A stretch of 22,459 nucleotides of DNA from a virus (IMGVR_UViG_2531839473_000014); one strand, 5' to 3'. Positions 1 to 9,684 are shown, counted from the stretch's first letter. Program-made: numbers and translations. Notes: generated from the letters alone by a model not told the origin.

Positions 1-1236
1 TTACGATAACCGCGCATTCAACATGGCTATCTGTTCGTCGTTCATGTCATCAATCCACATACCGTAAATTTCATACACCATCTGCGCAGTTTCATGCCCC
101 ATTTGGCTGGCTATAAATGCCGGGTTCGCTCCTGCCGTCAACAGCCAGCAGGCAAAAGTATGCCGCGTATGGTACGGATTACGGCGGCGAATACCAGCAC
201 GTTTTACTGCTGCATTCCACCTTGCCCCCAAACTGCTTACCGAGTAATAAGGTTTCTGTTTTCCGTTACACACCCTTGGCATGAAAACAAAATGCAGTTT
301 TTGCTTTTCGGTTCTGCCGTACTCCCGATGATAAAAGGTGATTTCGCTTTTGCGATGATGCCCGGTCAGTTTGTATTGCTCCTTCAGTGCTTCAAGAGCA
401 GGCTGCAGTAGTGTTACTGTCCGGATCCCGGCATTTGTTTTTGGGGGACCGAACATATCAAGTATCGTCAGGTTTCTTCTGACATTCACTATTCCCTTTT
501 CGAGATCCACATCCTCCCACGCCAGAGCTGCCAGTTCCCCGTGACGAAGTCCTGAGTAAACGGCAAATTTCCACAAGTTCTGGCTCTGTCCTTTTTCACT
601 TTCCATTAATGCATTGAATTCTGTTTTAGATAACGGATCAGGCTTTATTCTGTTTCGCTGTAATTTTTTTACTCCTTCAAATGGTTTGGTTGATATAAAT
701 CCCGACTGATACGCAAAACGTAACAGCGAACAGAGCAGGGCGATATAGTTATCAACTGTGCGCACGGTTCTTCCTTTTTTGTTGGATCTTGGATTATCCA
801 GGTAAAGCGTTTCTCCATGCAGCAGTTCATTCCGGTAGTTTAAGATATCGCTATAACGAATATGTGATATCGGGGTACTTTCACAAATTATTATTCTGAG
901 TGTTTTTAATTGTGATTTCGTTTTCTTCATTGTGTTTGTTGTTAACTCTGTCTCTTTAATTTTTGTCCAGATATCACAAAGCTCCCCGAACGTTTTTATG
1001 ACCCTCGTTGTCACCATTTTTGCCCCAGTGCTGGACTGGGGAAAACGTCTTAAATACTCAAATTCACCGGAGTTGATTTCATGAACTATCAACGCTCTTA
1101 AATTCCCGGCCTTTTTAATGTTACTGTTAGTAACCTCCCAGCCTTTCAATGTTTCCCGACATCGTTTTCCTCGAAACATGAACCAGATGCGAATGTATTT
1201 ACCTCGAATCTCGACACCTGTTGGTAATTTAGACAT
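1..1236 (-). CDS. int: Phage tyrosine integrase (site-specific recombinase), 411 aa
   Basis: Full-length minus-strand ORF; C-terminal region has the R...H-x-x-R...Y catalytic layout of tyrosine recombinases (HTRHTFA motif). Sits at the prophage end with an excisionase-like gene immediately upstream, start/stop overlap TGAtATG. Confidence 0.9.
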   Translation of the reverse strand: MSKLPTGVEIRGKYIRIWFMFRGKRCRETLKGWEVTNSNIKKAGNLRALIVHEINSGEFEYLRRFPQSSTGAKMVTTRVIKTFGELCDIWTKIKETELTTNTMKKTKSQLKTLRIIICESTPISHIRYSDILNYRNELLHGETLYLDNPRSNKKGRTVRTVDNYIALLCSLLRFAYQSGFISTKPFEGVKKLQRNRIKPDPLSKTEFNALMESEKGQSQNLWKFAVYSGLRHGELAALAWEDVDLEKGIVNVRRNLTILDMFGPPKTNAGIRTVTLLQPALEALKEQYKLTGHHRKSEITFYHREYGRTEKQKLHFVFMPRVCNGKQKPYYSVSSLGARWNAAVKRAGIRRRNPYHTRHTFACWLLTAGANPAFIASQMGHETAQMVYEIYGMWIDDMNDEQIAMLNARLS

Positions 1237-1237
1237 A

Positions 1238-1453
1238 TCATGAGTCTTTGATAAACTGATTTATCTTTGGATAGTTGTACCAGATAATCCCTCGCTTGCT
1301 GTCTGGCTTACCTAAAGGAGATACTCGTTTGAAGTGAAAGCCTTCCACCCAGCAATTCTGACGGTATGCTTCAATTTGTCTGGCCCCCAGACCAGTACGA
1401 AGCATCAGACCGTATTCAACCATCCACTCTTCATTAAAAATCACTTGTGCCAT
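1238..1453 (-). CDS. xisR: Excisionase-like small protein (Rac XisR/YdaQ-like), 71 aa from ATG at 1453
   Basis: Small ORF directly upstream of int. The ORF-track start at 1477 is TTG; the in-frame ATG at 1453 ([10 protein letters not shown]...) is preceded by a GAGGTG Shine-Dalgarno. Assignment is by position and recalled similarity, not by a search. Confidence 0.55.
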   Translation of the reverse strand: MAQVIFNEEWMVEYGLMLRTGLGARQIEAYRQNCWVEGFHFKRVSPLGKPDSKRGIIWYNYPKINQFIKDS

Positions 1454-1552
1454 CGCATCACCTCTGGCGGGCGACAATATTAGACTGAAATTGACGCCCG
1501 ACGTTGATTATTAATAATCAGCTATGAAGTTTTAATTTGAATACAATGCAAC

Positions 1553-1741
1553 TCACGAGGACAGAAGTTTCTCGCAATTAAAATTTATCAGTTTTACTTT
1601 CTGCTCTCTGGAAACGCCTGCTTCTTTTTTACCTGAGAGCATTTTTTCGCATTCTGATTTCGTTAGTTTAGATTTTGAATATCTTGTCCAGTTAGTAGGA
1701 GTGCCACCTTCCTTTTCAATAGTGGCGGTAATTTTATACAT
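1553..1741 (-). CDS. ydaC: YdaC-like small prophage protein, 62 aa
   Basis: In-frame ATG at 1741 (MYKITATIEKEG...) preceded by GGAGGTG; the 5' extension in the ORF track overlaps ralR in another frame and is probably not translated. Confidence 0.5.
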   Translation of the reverse strand: MYKITATIEKEGGTPTNWTRYSKSKLTKSECEKMLSGKKEAGVSREQKVKLINFNCEKLLSS

Positions 1742-1928
1742 GAACACCTCCATTATTATTTCCAGTGGTTCGTTTATTCCATCTTTCGAGTGCTTCTTTT
1801 TCACTTCCACCATAACCGGTTCGGGATTCGCATCCGTTACACTTCGCTCGGTAATATCCTGAAATAGCTTTAACCGTTACTGATGGACAACCACAAAACG
1901 GACATGGTTTGACTTTTTCATACCGCAT
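1734..1928 (-). CDS. ralR: RalR/Lar-like restriction-alleviation protein, toxin of a type I toxin-antitoxin pair, 64 aa
   Basis: Translation MRYEKVKPCPFCGCPSVTVKAISGYYRAKCNGCESRTGYGGSEKEALERWNKRT has the CPFCG...CNGC zinc-ribbon of the Lar family; position between xis/ydaC and the recombination genes matches Rac. Confidence 0.7.
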   Translation of the reverse strand: MRYEKVKPCPFCGCPSVTVKAISGYYRAKCNGCESRTGYGGSEKEALERWNKRTTGNNNGGVHV

Positions 1929-1991
1929 TGTCTTTTCTCTCATATGATAAAATTTTGTGATGGCGGTGAGGCTACACCGCCAAAGTCAATA

Positions 1992-3095
1992 TTAGGAGTC
2001 GATATATTTTGGTTTCATATCTGTCAGTGTCGTTTTATACGCCTCATATAATTCACCCAGATGTGGTCGAGCAGCATTCAGCGTATTTTCCAGAGCAGTA
2101 AATTTTTGTTCTGCTTCTGGATCACCTGATGAAGGCAGGTCATTTATCATCTTCTCGATACTGGCAATAGCATTGAGACGGTGATGACGCCGAACCACTT
2201 TTCCTTTAAGCTCGGCAAAGAATTCGCCGATCTGGTTTTTCTGATCCTCTATCTCTTGGCGTAATGCAGTGGTTTCCTCAGTCGTGGCCGCGCTTTCGAC
2301 ACGCTGCCGGAATTCATCAATCCACGCTTCGTCAATACGCTGTTCGATGGTTTCTGTTCGCTGCTCGCTTACCTCTCTATAATTCTGTACCGGCACAGGA
2401 TTGATGATTTTTTCCTGTGGCTCTTCCAGTTCGTCCGGGGTAAACACGCCCAGGATGACGTCAGGACAATAAAGGCGAGCCCAGTATTTCAACGCCAGAT
2501 AGGCGAGCTGTTGTTTCGGGTTTGAGGTCCATAAAGGAGAATTACGCGTAATCACGCTGGAAAGAAACACCGGTTCTCCCCAGGTAATCTCACTTTCACC
2601 GCGAAGAACTGCACCAACTCGAACTGATAGACCATACTCATCTTCACTGGTCCAACATGGGATCGTTTCTTTTTTCTCATAGATTCCGCCTCCTTTGGCC
2701 GTTTTCTTAACGGTCTCCACTCGGGTGCGAGAGCATTTCTCCCAGTCTCCCTCGTACTTGTAATGGAAGCGGCCTACAATTGCACTTGAGCTAGAGATCA
2801 CAGCGTTAACAAGTTGTGCTTCATAACCCAGAACTCCGTTTACCAGGTGTGTTTTCTGAGCCACAGCGTAGGGGTTCATGCCCCATTGCATGGCTTGCAT
2901 GATGATTGCCATGCAGTCGGCAGGTTTTCCTCGAAGGTGATCGGGAACTGTGACGGTGGCCTGTGACATCAACCCGGCTACTTCCTGAAGTTGCGTCAAC
3001 GCCTGAACGTTAAAAATAGTGTTACTGGCAAAAATGGTATTTGGTGTCTGCTCTGTCGTGATGATATTGGTATTTTGCATGGTCAGGTTCTCCAT
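1992..3095 (-). CDS. Phage single-strand annealing protein, Bet/RecT superfamily (recT position), 367 aa
   Basis: Immediately downstream of recE with TAATG stop/start overlap (alternative ATG at 3080 has a GGAG SD). Central region (AIIMQAMQWGMNPY ... SPLWTSNPKQQLAYLALKYWARLY) resembles the lambda Bet core as recalled; the tail is acidic/coiled-coil-like. Confidence 0.7.
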   Translation of the reverse strand: MENLTMQNTNIITTEQTPNTIFASNTIFNVQALTQLQEVAGLMSQATVTVPDHLRGKPADCMAIIMQAMQWGMNPYAVAQKTHLVNGVLGYEAQLVNAVISSSSAIVGRFHYKYEGDWEKCSRTRVETVKKTAKGGGIYEKKETIPCWTSEDEYGLSVRVGAVLRGESEITWGEPVFLSSVITRNSPLWTSNPKQQLAYLALKYWARLYCPDVILGVFTPDELEEPQEKIINPVPVQNYREVSEQRTETIEQRIDEAWIDEFRQRVESAATTEETTALRQEIEDQKNQIGEFFAELKGKVVRRHHRLNAIASIEKMINDLPSSGDPEAEQKFTALENTLNAARPHLGELYEAYKTTLTDMKPKYIDS

Positions 3096-6000
3096 TAAGC
3101 CAGATGCAGTGCTTCAAGACGACGAAGATCAAAGTCGTTTAATTCGTCGGTATAACTTTCGGTAATCGGTGCTGGCCAGTTGTTTGTCTCTAGGGCTTCG
3201 TTTATCTGGCGTAGCGTCCGGCGATATTCCTGTCGACCAAGTTCCAGGAGTTCCTGCGAGGCTTCCACGACTGCCACCCAGTGATAGCCAACATCTTTGT
3301 TGACGAAGATCCAGAAAAATTTGTCCAGGTTTGCCACATCACAATACATTGCGGCGCTGAGGTGATAATCACGCTCAATAATTTCACGGTGCAGGCGATC
3401 TTTCAGTCGTTCCTGTCGCACATAACCGAGGCTGACTGACTTCACGTCGGCGCAAATGCTTTCGTATTGCAGCCGGATTTCGATATCAGGACGGACCCTG
3501 ATTTCCAGCCCGGTTTCTTCATCAAACCCGAAATAGCTGATTTCAGATTTGCGATCCGGGTGGTTGAGTAGTCTTGCCGCGTCAGTATTGTTTTGCAGTG
3601 CCGCGTGAATATTTTTTGCCTGTTCATACATATCTGGACTGATAAACGTTTTTCCTGCATTTTCTTCTTGCTGGCGTTTTTGCCAGTCCTCCAGTGTTAC
3701 CAGTTTCGGGCGAATTTTCCGGGCGATTTCGGTTAATTGCTCTTTTGTGCCACTGATGTTGTAAGGCAACGATTTAGCACGTTCTTTTTTTGCCAGTTCT
3801 GGATCTACAGTTTCAATTTGCTCCAGAAGCTGCTCCCGTGTTCCACTGGTTTTCAGCAGAGGAGGGAGGCTTGCGTTGTATTCTTTAATACAGGCTTTCA
3901 TTGCTGATGCTGTGTGTTTTTCCCCCTCAGGAATACGCCGAAATTCCTCCGGAAGCGAACCGTAAAGGATGCCTGTTTCTTCGGCCCCAGCGCTTACTGA
4001 CAGTGGCTGTATAAGAGTGCTGTTGTAGCTTTCGATCCACTCTTTCATCTGCTCTGGTGTCATCAGTGATGGCAGACTGGCATTGTGTTTTTTAATGATG
4101 GTGATCAGTTCGTTAGAAGTAGTAACCACATATTCAGGAACCGGTACCGGAATGGCATATTCATCAGCGAATTTATCCGTTTCCAGAACATAGCTGTGAA
4201 TGATCCGCCCACGCAGCAATGCATCACTTTCCTCGTTCGGAATAGTTCCGGCAATGTGCCGCCCGTGGTAATACATCAGACTGATGCGGGCATCCTTCAG
4301 CATTGTGCTGCTTATTCCGTTGGCGGAGTGATAAACCTCGTTCGGGAGGTTTTCATAGCGGCCAGGCTCGAAATATGACGGCCACATGATTTCAGTTGCT
4401 ACATGAGCTGACGCTTCACCAGTTTCATCACTGCAATCGTGATGCGGATGGTTGCCAGCGTTCTCCTTGTGCGGATGTTCAGCGCCTTCCATTTCCTCCG
4501 GATCATTTTCCTTAGCTTCAACCTGATTCTCTTCATCGAATGTTTCCTGGTATGTTGCGTCGCCCATCACCGCACCACAGTCAGGGCAGTTATCCCCGCC
4601 AGTCTGACCGCAGGCATTGCAGACTATTTCCGGTCTCTGTTGCACTACTGGTTCAGGTTGTTTCACATCCGGGCTGGTTTTTACAGTTTCTGGCGTGTTT
4701 TGTTCCGTTTCTGGCTGGTTCTGGTACACAGAGTCGCGAGTCTGGATCCCCTTTACCCATTTCGGATCGTTCGGGTCGCTAATCCCTTCAACGAACTCAC
4801 CACGCGAAGCAACCAGTAATTTGTCTGCATCGACAGGATTTTTGGGCGGAATGTTTTTCCGTGTTTCATGGAGTTCTGCCCGCAGTTTCTGATATTTTTC
4901 ATCAACAGAATTTACCTGTGACTGAGCATCCAGCGGCTGCGTGTCCTGATGATGTTCAGTTGCATCCGGTTCCACTGTTTCAGCCGTTGCCTGTTCATCT
5001 GCCATTGCGCAATATGGTTGCGGTTTTTCTTCATCATCCTGTTTTTCTTCTTCTGTTACACGCTGCGGCATCGGGGCAGAGGAACGACCGCAGGCAATAT
5101 CCACGATTTCCGGATCAGGGTTGGCATGATCAGTTTCAGTCAGTACTTTGTTCAGATATTCAGTGACGTGCGCGGGGATGACCTCGATCCCAATTGGTGC
5201 TTCTTTCACGGACGCAACCACGATGGCGCGGGAATAATCCAGCCCGCCAGGCATGGTGATGAATTTGTCGCGGAAAACAGAAAAGGGCGGTTTATTTTCA
5301 GCGATAATTTCCTCAATGCGTTTAGCGTGTGCCGGATGAAGGTTATAGATGTCCACGTCCATTGAACGGGCCAGAATGCCAGTGGCTACGTCGCGGGCCA
5401 GCGACGCCTGATCATGAACGAAACCTTCGCCGCGATCGGTAAGGTTCCCGCCGCCTGCATTAGCACCGGAATCTGTGCGAGTGATGCGTGAAACACGATT
5501 CCCTTTTCGCCATTCTTTTGTTAGAAGACCGCGATCAATGTGTTCGGTGTCCAGCCAGGCTGAAATGAAATTCTTAAATTCATAGGGCTGATGTTTTTTC
5601 GTGATAGAGAAAACTGCCTTAATTGCATCAGTCAGGCGGAGCAGGGCGGCATTATCCAGAGTTGTCGGTTCTGCCATGCCGCGTATGGCCAACAGCAGAT
5701 TCTGGACATAGCTGTTTTCCTGATCCATCTCAAGAGCGGTAATGTGTTCGCGTTGTTTACGGGTGGCATGATGCAGGTATTTCCGATCCCCGGCCGCATA
5801 CGTAAAAATGTGCAGAAGACGCTGTGTGAACCGCAAAGTGGCTACAGAGACTTCGCAATCCTGGCAATCCCCGTGGGCGTCTGCCTGCGCGTTTTCTTCC
5901 AGGCCTCCCGCCAGTTCTTTGGTTTCCTGAGCATTATCCTGGTGGTGAACGTCGTCTGGTGCTGCTCCCGGTTTTAGTTCCCAGGTCATGGAGTCTTTGC

Positions 6001-6241
6001 TGAGTTGATAGCGTTCACTCCAGGTAAAATCGATCTCACCTTCAGGGGGCAGGTCATTAACGACAGGAAAATTCGTGGCAACAGCTTTAAAATAGTTGCT
6101 CAGTTTTTTACCTGACTTAACGATCAGGTAGTCCAGAGTGGCACAGGTTGATTCAAAATCGTCGCTTGCCCACAGGACGACGTCAGGCTCACCGGATGAT
6201 TTTTTCGCTTTCCGTAAAAGGAAGAGTGGTTTTGTGCTCAT
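3095..6241 (-). CDS. recE: RecE-like exodeoxyribonuclease VIII, long form, 1048 aa
   Basis: N-terminus [26 protein letters not shown] is recalled as the RecE N-terminus; C-terminal region carries PD-(D/E)xK-like residues (RPDIEI ... ADVKS). GAGG SD upstream of the ATG at 6241. Confidence 0.85.
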   Translation of the reverse strand: MSTKPLFLLRKAKKSSGEPDVVLWASDDFESTCATLDYLIVKSGKKLSNYFKAVATNFPVVNDLPPEGEIDFTWSERYQLSKDSMTWELKPGAAPDDVHHQDNAQETKELAGGLEENAQADAHGDCQDCEVSVATLRFTQRLLHIFTYAAGDRKYLHHATRKQREHITALEMDQENSYVQNLLLAIRGMAEPTTLDNAALLRLTDAIKAVFSITKKHQPYEFKNFISAWLDTEHIDRGLLTKEWRKGNRVSRITRTDSGANAGGGNLTDRGEGFVHDQASLARDVATGILARSMDVDIYNLHPAHAKRIEEIIAENKPPFSVFRDKFITMPGGLDYSRAIVVASVKEAPIGIEVIPAHVTEYLNKVLTETDHANPDPEIVDIACGRSSAPMPQRVTEEEKQDDEEKPQPYCAMADEQATAETVEPDATEHHQDTQPLDAQSQVNSVDEKYQKLRAELHETRKNIPPKNPVDADKLLVASRGEFVEGISDPNDPKWVKGIQTRDSVYQNQPETEQNTPETVKTSPDVKQPEPVVQQRPEIVCNACGQTGGDNCPDCGAVMGDATYQETFDEENQVEAKENDPEEMEGAEHPHKENAGNHPHHDCSDETGEASAHVATEIMWPSYFEPGRYENLPNEVYHSANGISSTMLKDARISLMYYHGRHIAGTIPNEESDALLRGRIIHSYVLETDKFADEYAIPVPVPEYVVTTSNELITIIKKHNASLPSLMTPEQMKEWIESYNSTLIQPLSVSAGAEETGILYGSLPEEFRRIPEGEKHTASAMKACIKEYNASLPPLLKTSGTREQLLEQIETVDPELAKKERAKSLPYNISGTKEQLTEIARKIRPKLVTLEDWQKRQQEENAGKTFISPDMYEQAKNIHAALQNNTDAARLLNHPDRKSEISYFGFDEETGLEIRVRPDIEIRLQYESICADVKSVSLGYVRQERLKDRLHREIIERDYHLSAAMYCDVANLDKFFWIFVNKDVGYHWVAVVEASQELLELGRQEYRRTLRQINEALETNNWPAPITESYTDELNDFDLRRLEALHLA

Positions 6242-6342
6242 TGTTTTTTAACCTCAACTCAGATTAAAATTCGTTTTGTTCAGTGAATGATCTTGCCGGA
6301 TACACACTGTTCATAGCCTGCGCCATACGCAGGCTATTTCTT

Positions 6343-6618
6343 TCAGATTTCACCGTTTAATTTCATTGCAATCAGAGTTGCCAGAAATCCGGCTTTTTTT
6401 TCTGCGGGCAGATTCTTTCCGATGTGAACCAGGCACATTTTTGTGACACCTTCATCAAGTGTTTTTACGTTGCCTGATGGACCATCGATATCAATCACAG
6501 TGAATGGGGTTTCTTTATTTTTTGTTTTAATTACGTAGCCAATGCGCTTTCCTTCCAGATTCACCTCGTGAACAATGTCATCGGTAGTTACAACAGTGGT
6601 TTCATAATTGGTAATCAT
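6343..6618 (-). CDS. racC: RacC-like prophage protein, 91 aa
   Basis: ATG at 6618 (MITNYETTVVTTDDIVHEV...) preceded by AGGAGAAAAAC; the ORF-track 5' extension lacks an SD. Position recE-racC-ydaE-kilR matches Rac. Confidence 0.75.
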   Translation of the reverse strand: MITNYETTVVTTDDIVHEVNLEGKRIGYVIKTKNKETPFTVIDIDGPSGNVKTLDEGVTKMCLVHIGKNLPAEKKAGFLATLIAMKLNGEI

Positions 6619-6692
6619 GTTTTTCTCCTGAATTAAGGTTGAGCGAATCCCTGCCATTTCTGGCATAAATTCAGTTTCGAATAGTCAATTAA

Positions 6693-6869
6693 TTAAAGTT
6701 CGTGTGCCATCTGGTCTTTTTCGGCACAAGCTTCACTGCAATATTTTCTCGGTTCGTCTTTTGATAAAGTCCCGTGCATGAAGTGAAGCATTCTTTCTAT
6801 AGTTTTGCTTTCTTCAACGTCTTTTTTGCAAAGGTGGTAAGCACATTTTATTTTCTTAGTCGTCACCAT
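6693..6869 (-). CDS. ydaE: YdaE-like small zinc-binding protein, 58 aa (below the ORF-track length cutoff)
   Basis: Hand-translated: [59 protein letters not shown]-x4-C ... C-x3-C spacing; GGCGGAG SD; start overlaps the kilR stop. Confidence 0.6.
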   Translation of the reverse strand: MVTTKKIKCAYHLCKKDVEESKTIERMLHFMHGTLSKDEPRKYCSEACAEKDQMAHEL

Positions 6870-7084
6870 GACTCCGCCTTTACAGGTAAACCATCACGAC
6901 CGAGGAAGACTTTAATCATGCAGTCAGTAATGCATGTTTTTGTAGTTAGGCTACGAATATAAAGTTTTCGCTTTTTAATATTGTTTGCCGAGGCAATATA
7001 TGTCCGGCCTTCATGAAGAACATAATCGCCAGGAGTCACGCACTGGCGTGGTATTTCATCGGTTCCGAAGTGATGAGCAATCAT
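6863..7084 (-). CDS. kilR: KilR-like cell-division inhibitor (Rac killing protein), 73 aa
   Basis: Translation [44 protein letters not shown]... matches KilR as recalled; position next to ydaE/racC. Confidence 0.8.
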   Translation of the reverse strand: MIAHHFGTDEIPRQCVTPGDYVLHEGRTYIASANNIKKRKLYIRSLTTKTCITDCMIKVFLGRDGLPVKAESW

Positions 7085-7130
7085 AATTATCTCCTTAATA
7101 AATTTGTCGTATTAAGAAAATTCCAGAAAA

Positions 7131-7682
7131 CTATTTAATACTCAGCAACTGCTCGACGGTCATGTTTTTAATTGCGCTTCGGTTTACAAGAGTCCAGCCC
7201 TGTTTCTCCAGATAAAGGCGGAAAGTGTCTAGGGTACAGACGAGAGCGTCATCAGGAACGGTTTCAGTGAATTCGACGTTGCCGAATTTGTCGAAGCGAA
7301 CAACCAGAGTGCGCCCATCGCCCGGAATGATTTTGTTTGTGGGAGTGGTATTATTCTGGCGTAGTTCTGCTTCCATGCGGTCGAACTCAGCGATGTAGGC
7401 CTCTTTGAATGCAGCGGCTTTTTTGCCAGTGAAGCCCATCACCAGGAAAACGAAGCCGTTTTTGGTGATCTGGTAGGCATTATAGGAATTGCCGCGATGT
7501 TCGAATTTAACCCGCGAAAAGTTGCTGGTTAAAAAATATTCAGAGCATTCGAGGGATTCTATTTTTTGGACAACATGATGATGTTGCTTGCCAAAAAACT
7601 CTGCGATCGCAATGGATGTAGTTACAGCGCGACCGTTTTCGATGGTTACGTCAGGGTGAGAAAGGGTAGGGATAGTAGTCAT
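7131..7682 (-). CDS. Rha-family phage regulatory protein, about 184 aa from ATG at 7682
   Basis: From MTTIPTLSHPDVTIENGRAVTTSIAIAEFFGKQHHHVVQKIESL the sequence has the Rha-type N-terminal signature; GAGG SD before 7682. The ORF-track extension to 7979 crosses an intrinsic terminator and is not Rha-like, so it is excluded. Confidence 0.6.
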   Translation of the reverse strand: MTTIPTLSHPDVTIENGRAVTTSIAIAEFFGKQHHHVVQKIESLECSEYFLTSNFSRVKFEHRGNSYNAYQITKNGFVFLVMGFTGKKAAAFKEAYIAEFDRMEAELRQNNTTPTNKIIPGDGRTLVVRFDKFGNVEFTETVPDDALVCTLDTFRLYLEKQGWTLVNRSAIKNMTVEQLLSIK

Positions 7683-7852
7683 AATGACAGCCTCGATAGT
7701 CAGTTTAAATAACTCACCACCAAGGTTTTCCACGACCATAAGGGTGGTGAGACGTACAGGGGTGGAAATACCGGCGACTACCGAAACCGGCCAGCTTTGC
7801 GGCTGCCCTGCACGCCCCACCATAATCTGAATGTGGCTGTGCATTACGCATA

Positions 7853-7875
7853 AAAAAACCGCCTGAGCGCGGTTA
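7853..7875 (-). terminator. Intrinsic terminator on the minus strand (6-bp stem AACCGC/GCGGTT, 6-nt loop, U7 tract)
   Basis: Plus strand reads AAAAAAACCGCCTGAGCGCGGTT; on the minus strand the hairpin is followed by seven T. Lies in a gene-poor gap upstream of the Rha-like gene. Confidence 0.45.
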
Positions 7876-8319
7876 TGCGCGGTAATCATCATCGGGTTTC
7901 CACGCCCGGCACCCGTTTTATAAGGTGCAGGTGCACTATAATTCCACCCGTTCTGGTTTTCAATAGCTACATTCAACATTTTCTCTCACCTTTCATCACC
8001 GAAGTGAATTTTGTCGATGCGATGCCTGGTGCCTCCAGGTGACGTTAACCAGTTAACAATTAACGCCGGATAATCCACCCATAACACAGATGCTTTTAAC
8101 TGTTCCGCGTGCGCTTAGCCGCATTCACCGCATCACAAAATTCACTTTAAAAAGGGCGGACATCAGCCGAACTTCAAGAAAAAAAATGATGCCGCCAAGA
8201 CTACACACAGCAATGTCGTTATTTACAACCGGAGGCGCACTCCCACCATTTAAATTTCACAGACAAGACAGACTCTTTATGAATATCGGAAGTGCGCCTT
8301 CGTGTTGTATGCCTGTCTT

Positions 8320-8347
8320 TTTACCACTTCAGGCTCGGTGGTATACT
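8320..8347 (+). promoter_or_regulatory. Candidate sigma70 promoter (TTTACC, 16-bp spacer, TATACT) for the 8380 gene
   Basis: Hexamers read directly; placed about 30 bp upstream of the ATG and its AAGGAA SD. Not validated. Confidence 0.3.
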
Positions 8348-8379
8348 GGAGTTCTCACACAACCAGTAAGGAATTGCTT

Positions 8380-8613
8380 ATGCCTATTCAATCTCAACAC
8401 AAAAATATTGATTATCTTTCCGCCAGATTAGAGGCTACCGCGCTTGTTCTTGAAGAACTTGTTAAACTTCTTACGCCAGAGCAGCGTGAAAAACTGAATC
8501 TGGCAATTGCCGGGCGTTGCCCGGGCGTGAAAAATGCATCTCTCAGGAATAGAAATTCTCCCGCATATCAATTATTACAGTTCATCAACGATGGCGTCGG
8601 CAGCAGCGATTAA
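8380..8613 (+). CDS. Hypothetical small protein, 77 aa
   Basis: ATG at 8380 with AAGGAA SD at good spacing; the longer ORF-track start lacks an SD. No family recognised. Confidence 0.45.
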   Translation: MPIQSQHKNIDYLSARLEATALVLEELVKLLTPEQREKLNLAIAGRCPGVKNASLRNRNSPAYQLLQFINDGVGSSD

Positions 8614-8880
8614 TTTTTCTAATGCCTCTTCGACATGATAATTGTATGGTTGTAGTGACCTGAGATCTGTAATTGCATCAGCCAGGTTTTGTGCCATTAC
8701 GGCTGGTGCGATTTTTTTTGCTACTGATACCCGGCTGGCGAGTTCCAGTGCGAGACGTGCCTGCCTTGGAGTTAGCTCTCTTTCCTTTGCCATTGTTGAT
8801 GCCTGTACAGACAATTCATACGCCAGACAAAATACAGCATTATTAGTTTCTAGCGGGTCAATACCCTGAGTAAATGTCAT
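8575..8880 (-). CDS. Hypothetical protein, 101 aa
   Basis: ATG at 8880 preceded by GGGGAG SD; 3' end overlaps the 8380..8613 gene by 39 bp (convergent). No family recognised. Confidence 0.45.
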   Translation of the reverse strand: MTFTQGIDPLETNNAVFCLAYELSVQASTMAKERELTPRQARLALELASRVSVAKKIAPAVMAQNLADAITDLRSLQPYNYHVEEALEKLIAAADAIVDEL

Positions 8881-9069
8881 CTTATATCTCCCCTTAACGC
8901 CGGGTGGCGGAACTAAAACCTACAGCGCCGTGCTGCTTCTGCAATAATATTAGTTATATTCATATGAATGATCAACACAAATATGCATTTTGTTGATAAA
9001 AATGTACTATCGTAATGAAATTTTTAGTGTTTTTTTTGATAAAAAAGTAAGGTGAGGGAGCTGAGGGGA

Positions 9070-9095
9070 CAAAAAAACCGCCAAAAATGGCGGTT
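9070..9095 (-). terminator. Intrinsic terminator downstream of the repressor gene (stem AACCGCC/GGCGGTT, U-tract on the minus strand)
   Basis: Plus strand CAAAAAAACCGCCAAAAATGGCGGTTT; on the minus strand the hairpin is followed by TTTTTTTG; 20 bp after the stop of 9116..9580. Confidence 0.55.
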
Positions 9096-9115
9096 TAGTT
9101 ACGAGGTTACGGGAG

Positions 9116-9580
9116 CTATTTCTTCATGCGTTTCTGAGCTGCCAGCATCTTTTCAAACGCTTCTTTGTAGAGTTCATTTTGACCTTTAAGCCTTTCGATT
9201 AGTTTTGCTTTTTCTGATTCGGGAAGGATTTCAAAAAGATCCAGTAAATCAGCTTGTTGCTTGTTAACCATCCGCCAACCTTCGCCTTCGAAACTTTCGT
9301 CATAAGTTCCTGAGGAACGGACGTAATTCATCAGATCAGCTAAATCAGGCCTCAACTCTTCAGGCTTAACTCTTAGTAATACAGCGAATTTTAATGCTGC
9401 ATCAGTGTTTAGTGGAGCCTTTCCGTTGAGATAGTGGCTAACTGTGGATTGAGTCTCAAAGCCCATTAGCTCAGCAGCAAGCTCCTGAGTCAGTTTGAGC
9501 TCTCTTTTTTTGGCATCCCAGACTGCGCGCAGACGCTGCGTAGCTTCTGGCGATGCGATTTCTTCGCGTTTTCTTCTCAT
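9116..9580 (-). CDS. racR: Prophage repressor, XRE-type helix-turn-helix (RacR-like), 154 aa
   Basis: HTH segment LTQELAAELMGFETQSTVSHYLNGK; divergent from the ydaS/ydaT-like operon across a 104-bp AT-rich region. Symbol by context. Confidence 0.65.
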   Translation of the reverse strand: MRRKREEIASPEATQRLRAVWDAKKRELKLTQELAAELMGFETQSTVSHYLNGKAPLNTDAALKFAVLLRVKPEELRPDLADLMNYVRSSGTYDESFEGEGWRMVNKQQADLLDLFEILPESEKAKLIERLKGQNELYKEAFEKMLAAQKRMKK

Positions 9581-9684
9581 ACCACCATCTTATGAACACA
9601 ACTCATAAACTCAAACTGATATAGGTATTGATCATTTAAATTAATATAGTTAATATTTTGACAGGCATTACTAAGGTGACCCTT
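9581..9684. promoter_or_regulatory. Divergent promoter/operator region between repressor and ydaS-like gene
   Basis: AT-rich intergenic region with a TTGACA hexamer at 9658-9663 and tandem TTAATAT repeats; typical immunity-region layout. Operators not defined. Confidence 0.45.

Noticed and set aside
94-411. 105-aa plus-strand ORF inside the integrase gene
   Set aside because: Antisense to a well-supported integrase; no SD; shadow ORF.
3202-5977. Multiple ORFs (60-140 aa) on both strands inside recE
   Set aside because: All lie within or antisense to the continuous 1048-aa RecE frame; translations are low-complexity; no independent signals.
6313-6337. Hairpin ATAGCCTGCG-CCATA-CGCAGGCTAT between racC and recE
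   Set aside because: No U-tract on the transcribed (minus) strand, so not a convincing intrinsic terminator; may be an mRNA processing or stability element but unsupported.
6774-6962. 62-aa plus-strand ORF across ydaE/kilR
   Set aside because: Antisense to two small genes that have good SDs and recognisable products.
7683-7979. 5' extension of the Rha-like ORF to 282 aa
   Set aside because: The extension crosses an intrinsic terminator, lacks Rha-like sequence, and the internal ATG at 7682 has a proper SD.
8090-8431. 113-aa plus-strand ORF in the gap upstream of the 77-aa gene
   Set aside because: No SD; Pro/Arg-rich odd composition; different frame from the better-supported 8380 start.
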